Below the pieces are notes generated by a model, which worked only from the letters and a program-made list of their open reading frames with translations, searched no databases and was not told where the DNA came from. Both the position numbers and the translations under genes were made by a program. Shown here piece after piece: positions 61,948 through 64,000 of a stretch of DNA of 64,000 nt. The first letter of the stretch is position 1, and each line of letters begins with the position of its first letter. Source of the stretch: Plasmodiophora brassicae (lineage: Eukaryota); assembly GCA_036867785.1 (NCBI GenBank), contig CP145414.1, positions 248,001 to 312,000 of the forward strand, in the 5' to 3' direction.

Positions 61948-62105
61948 CTGCGCGCCTTCTCCCCTATCCGCATAAATTACACACGACGCCTTCCATGTAC
62001 GAACGCGTCAGGCCAGCGTTGTGCACGCTGATGCATGGTAAGTCTGTGCCGAGTGTACCAGTAGTCGTGGCAGTGTCAGTCCCTCCCCACTCTCGTACTA
62101 CAGTC

Positions 62106-63810
62106 ATGTCGACGACGCCGGCGCCATCCAGCGACTCGGCGCTGGAGAAGCATCTGGTGGCGCGCGTTCATCGCGTCCTGCAGCAGCTGGGCGACCGGAC
62201 GACCTTCACCGACTTCGCCGACCTGACCAGGCACGTCTCCGCCTTCCTCCTCGCCACGTTCCAGATCGTCACGCGGCGAACCCTACCCAACGTCAACAGG
62301 TGATCACGTTGGCGTCGGCATTGCCCGCCCGGTGCTCCGCTGACAACAAGTCAGGGCGCCGTCCAAACCCGAGCACCATCGCCACAATGCTCAACTCTTC
62401 CTGGACGCCCTGCGCCAGCACATGGGCATCACACTGCCCGGGGTCGACGCCGACCTCATCTGTCAAGGCGACCGGGACGCCGTCCTTCAGTGCATCGAGG
62501 TGATCGAGTTCCTGCAGCGCAAGCGCCTGCGCGCCGGTACCAGCGCCGTCCTGGGCGCCAGCGCCAACGCGTCCGACGTCGGCGGCGAGGTCGCCGACGT
62601 CGAATCACTGCAGTCGTGGAACGACGTGCTGGCCGGCCTGCAACTGCCCAGCGTCGACACGTTCCAGGAGCTGCGCGAGAACGCCAGCAGCGTGTTCACG
62701 TTGGCCACCGAGGCCATCGTCAAGAAGCGCCTGCCCAACATCGTCCGGCGCCCGCTGCTCAAACAGCACTACATTGACAACGCGCGCGTCTCCCTGGAGG
62801 CCTTGTCCAGGCATCTGGGTATGGCCGGCGCTCTCCTGATCGCCCCGGAACAGATCGCCAATGGCGACCCGATCGCCCTACGTCACTGTGCGACCTTGCT
62901 CGACCAGGTCGGCCAGCGGCCCATCCCGGGGGGCAACCGTGCTGACGGTCGTTGCGATCAGGCTCGCAACGTGCGATCGTCGCCCCGCGCGACAACGTCG
63001 CAAGACGAAGGAGCGAACGGTGCTCCCTCTGCACACCTGTCGAAGGGCGCTCCAGCGCGAAAGCAGGAGCCGATCCCATCGTCGGCGCCGGACTCGCCTG
63101 GTCGTAAGCGTCGCGAGGTGCTGTACAACGGTGGGTGGCCGCGTAAACGCTCGCGCCACACGTGTGTGTGATCCCATGTGGCCGCCGCAGATCTGCTGAT
63201 GCGACAGGTTCGGGCGATCGGGCGGAAGCAGGAGATCGAGCTGGACCGGTGGCGCCTGCACCTGCTGAAGGTCAGCGCCGTCGAGCTCCGCCGCGACCAG
63301 GCCTGGCGGCACAAGGTGCAGACCGACATCTGCCGCAACACGACCATCATGAAGAAGGTCAGGAGCGATATCCAGCAGTACCAGAGTGCGTTCGGGTGCC
63401 TCCGCTCGTCGTCGCCAGCGCGTTGCTGACCGCCGTTCCCAGTTCGGAAGGTGTTCAAGGAAGCGCTGAAGCTGGAACGGGACTACATGCGGCAGCAGCA
63501 TGCAGCGTTCAAGGCCAGGCGCCAGGAGCTGGAGCGGCAGTGGTTGAACAAGAAGATGTCGATCGAGGGGTTCTTCCGCGACAAGTACGAGATGCTGTCG
63601 GCCGGCATCGAGAGCGACCGGGCGCGCCGCCAGTTCCAGGAGATGGACCTGCGGCGCGCGCTGCGCCGGCTCGAGAAGGAGCTGAAGGACGAACGGCAGA
63701 AAGGCCTCGAGGGCCTGCGCCTGAAGCTCGCGCAGGAGGACCGCCAGGTCGTCCTGGGCGTCACACCGGACAAGATCCTCGATCGCCTGCTCAAGATGCG
63801 CGTGCACTGA
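62106..63810 (+). CDS. CEP95-like centrosomal/basal-body protein: two CH-like (DUF5745-type) units plus C-terminal coiled coil; multi-exon
   Basis: Duplicated unit (LPNV..NAQLFLDAL..ICQGDRDA / LPNI..NARVSLEAL..IANGDPIAL); coiled coil FFRDKYEML. Confidence 0.65.
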
Positions 63811-64000
63811 AACGACGACGGCGCGTTGTTGCAATTGAGGTGAATTCAGTTTATAGACCAACGCGCGAATTGCGACCAATTGACAGGGAAATGGGGGGGA
63901 GCTCTTCTAAATAGACAGGGCCAGCGACGGGAGTCAATGCTGAAGTATCCTGGCGGTGATGCCAGACGCGAGTAGTTCAGCAGACACGGGCATGACCATG

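Overview
Gene-dense, GC-rich eukaryotic DNA with about 38 protein-coding genes, many split by short (~50-75 bp) GT-AG introns with CTGAC-like branch sites and separated by very short intergenic gaps. The style (compact layout, tiny introns, ciliary genes ARL13/CEP95, intronless PPR gene, secreted ankyrin protein) suggests a flagellated protist, probably a plasmodiophorid such as Plasmodiophora brassicae; this is inference. Housekeeping genes include SRP54, ASNSD1, tRNase Z, SANBR, an aminoalcohol phosphotransferase, P5C dehydrogenase, mitochondrial PheRS, UPF3, AP5M1, RAD51C, metaxin, rhomboid, an SLC25 carrier and eL28. The most unusual items are: (1) a stand-alone 234-aa MYCBP2-type RING-Cys-relay E3 ligase retaining both catalytic cysteines; (2) an NZF-NZF-coiled-coil-pseudokinase-HECT fusion; (3) secreted ubiquitin-system effector candidates (signal peptide + SKP1/BTB-like + ankyrin; signal peptide + RING-H2); (4) an RS-domain-Hub1/UBL5 fusion; (5) a 929-bp non-autonomous hAT element with a perfect 8-bp TSD; (6) a perfect 103-bp nested inverted repeat; (7) a secreted protein with a long (Asn-X)n tract; (8) an acidic disordered protein with an array of TMT LC8-type motifs. 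Family calls come from recognised motifs, not database searches, and exon boundaries were inferred by eye.
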